Assembly: GCF_963921235.1 (NCBI RefSeq)
Contig: NC_086098.1
Span: 5,704,001-5,768,000, forward strand
Direction of reading: 5' to 3'
Length of the DNA stretch: 64,000 nucleotides
Source: Mobula hypostoma
Lineage: Eukaryota
Part shown: positions 62,871-64,000 of the stretch, piece by piece
How positions within the stretch are numbered: the first letter of the stretch is position 1
Layout of the letters: each line of letters begins with the position of its first letter
Program-made: the position numbers and the translations under genes
The notes under the pieces: generated by a model
Seen by the model: the letters and a program-made list of their open reading frames with translations, nothing else
What the model was told of the DNA's origin: nothing
The model's database searches: none

Positions 62871-63533
62871 TACGACCTTAAGAAATGCAATGGAAGAAGA
62901 AATGTTTGCATTGGTATAGCATCATACTATATTTCTCAGTAATGTCTCTTGGGACTTTGCTTATGATGAAGTAAAATCAGAAAACGTTGGAAAATCAAAA
63001 AAATCAGAGCACTCAACAGATCAGGAACTACTCTTCGGCAGGAATGGGAAAGAGAGATTGTATTAAGTTGCAAAGTTGGGGTGGGTTAAAGATATATTCA
63101 GCAAGGGAATATCTCTGAAAAAGTGAAGCCAAGGTTGCCATGGTACTTGTGATGTTTTAGGAGTAGTGCTTGATAGGTTGCTGGGGACAGATATAGAGAT
63201 CACTTTGAAGCTCTGAGGGGACAAATAAAAACTGCAAATTGCATACCAGTGATATAGCTATGTGCGATGACACTTGTGGGCTTCCACCAGCACATCCTCA
63301 GGAGCGTCAGTTATTAATGCAAGCAAAGCATTTCACTATATGTACACAAGGAAGCCCCAAGGAAAAGTCTGAAGATGGAGTCCCTAAGGCAGTCCTACAT
63401 CGAGTTCAACTCTGACTGGCAACTTTTGTGATGCCACTGGTGTTAAACTATATCAGTCTCCACTGCCCCTTTGGATTCATCAGCTTTGTGGAGAGGAGGA
63501 TCCCACTACATGGGCAACAGCTTGCTCAATGTA

Positions 63534-64000
63534 CAGTGATGCTGGAAAGTTTCTGAACCCCGTAGAATTCTCTCCCTCTGTACATAACTATGACCCAAAA
63601 TGGGTGATCAAATCTTCATGCAAGTGCTAAAACAAGAGAACCCAATTAGATAAATAACACAGAAAACATTATACTTGTTCATTTACTTACTGATAAAAAT
63701 GATCCAAGATTATATGTATTTGTTGGAAAAAGTATCTAAGCCTCTGTAATAATGCTTTCTACAAAAGCTATTTGGAATCGGGTATTCCAATCACTGAGAT
63801 GAGATTGGAGGTGAGGGTTGTCAAGGTGCCTGCTCTGTAAAAAAGACACATAAAGTCAGTTTACTGACAGAATCTGCTCTTCTCAAGAAAGATCTGTTTA
63901 TGCGCACCATGCCTGGATCAAAACAATTTTCAGAGGACTTTACAAGAGGAATTATGGAGATGCATGAAGCTAAGTAAGGCTAGAAAAGCATTTCTAAAGA
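63534..64000 (+). mobile_element. Tc1-family DNA transposon left end; transposase start at 63909 with in-frame stops
   Basis: TA|CAGTGATGCTGGAAAGTTTCTGAACCCC TIR-like end. Translation MPGSKQFSEDFTRGIMEMHEAK*G*KSISK resembles the Tc1 N-terminal HTH (GKGYKxISK). Confidence 0.85.

Overview
This is eukaryotic, repeat-saturated, intronic or intergenic DNA. It is most likely a cartilaginous fish (a ray or shark), inferred from HE1/V-SINE-like SINEs and the CR1 and Penelope families present. No intact host gene is recognisable. Nearly every ORF in the track is a fragment of, or antisense to, a decayed transposable element. Contents: many CR1 LINE fragments; a full-length L1-clade element (20748-31040, 11-bp TSD) hosting a second L1 tail, a HERO (RLE-type) element and a young CR1; a 5' half Gypsy element with PNMA-like gag; a solo LTR with a 4-bp TSD; Rex1/Babar LINEs; Penelope-like (GIY-YIG) elements; Tc1/mariner MITEs and a Tc1 left end; and several SINE families. 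The most interesting signal is RNA-level. Several non-coding RTE-derived elements carry HDV-like ribozyme folds. The best (56367-56938) has a complete nested double pseudoknot that starts at the element's 5' end and has an atypical hairpin inserted in L3. The Penelope pseudo-LTRs carry minimal, probably dimer-dependent hammerhead motifs. All folds were read by eye and are untested, and boundaries without a TSD are approximate.
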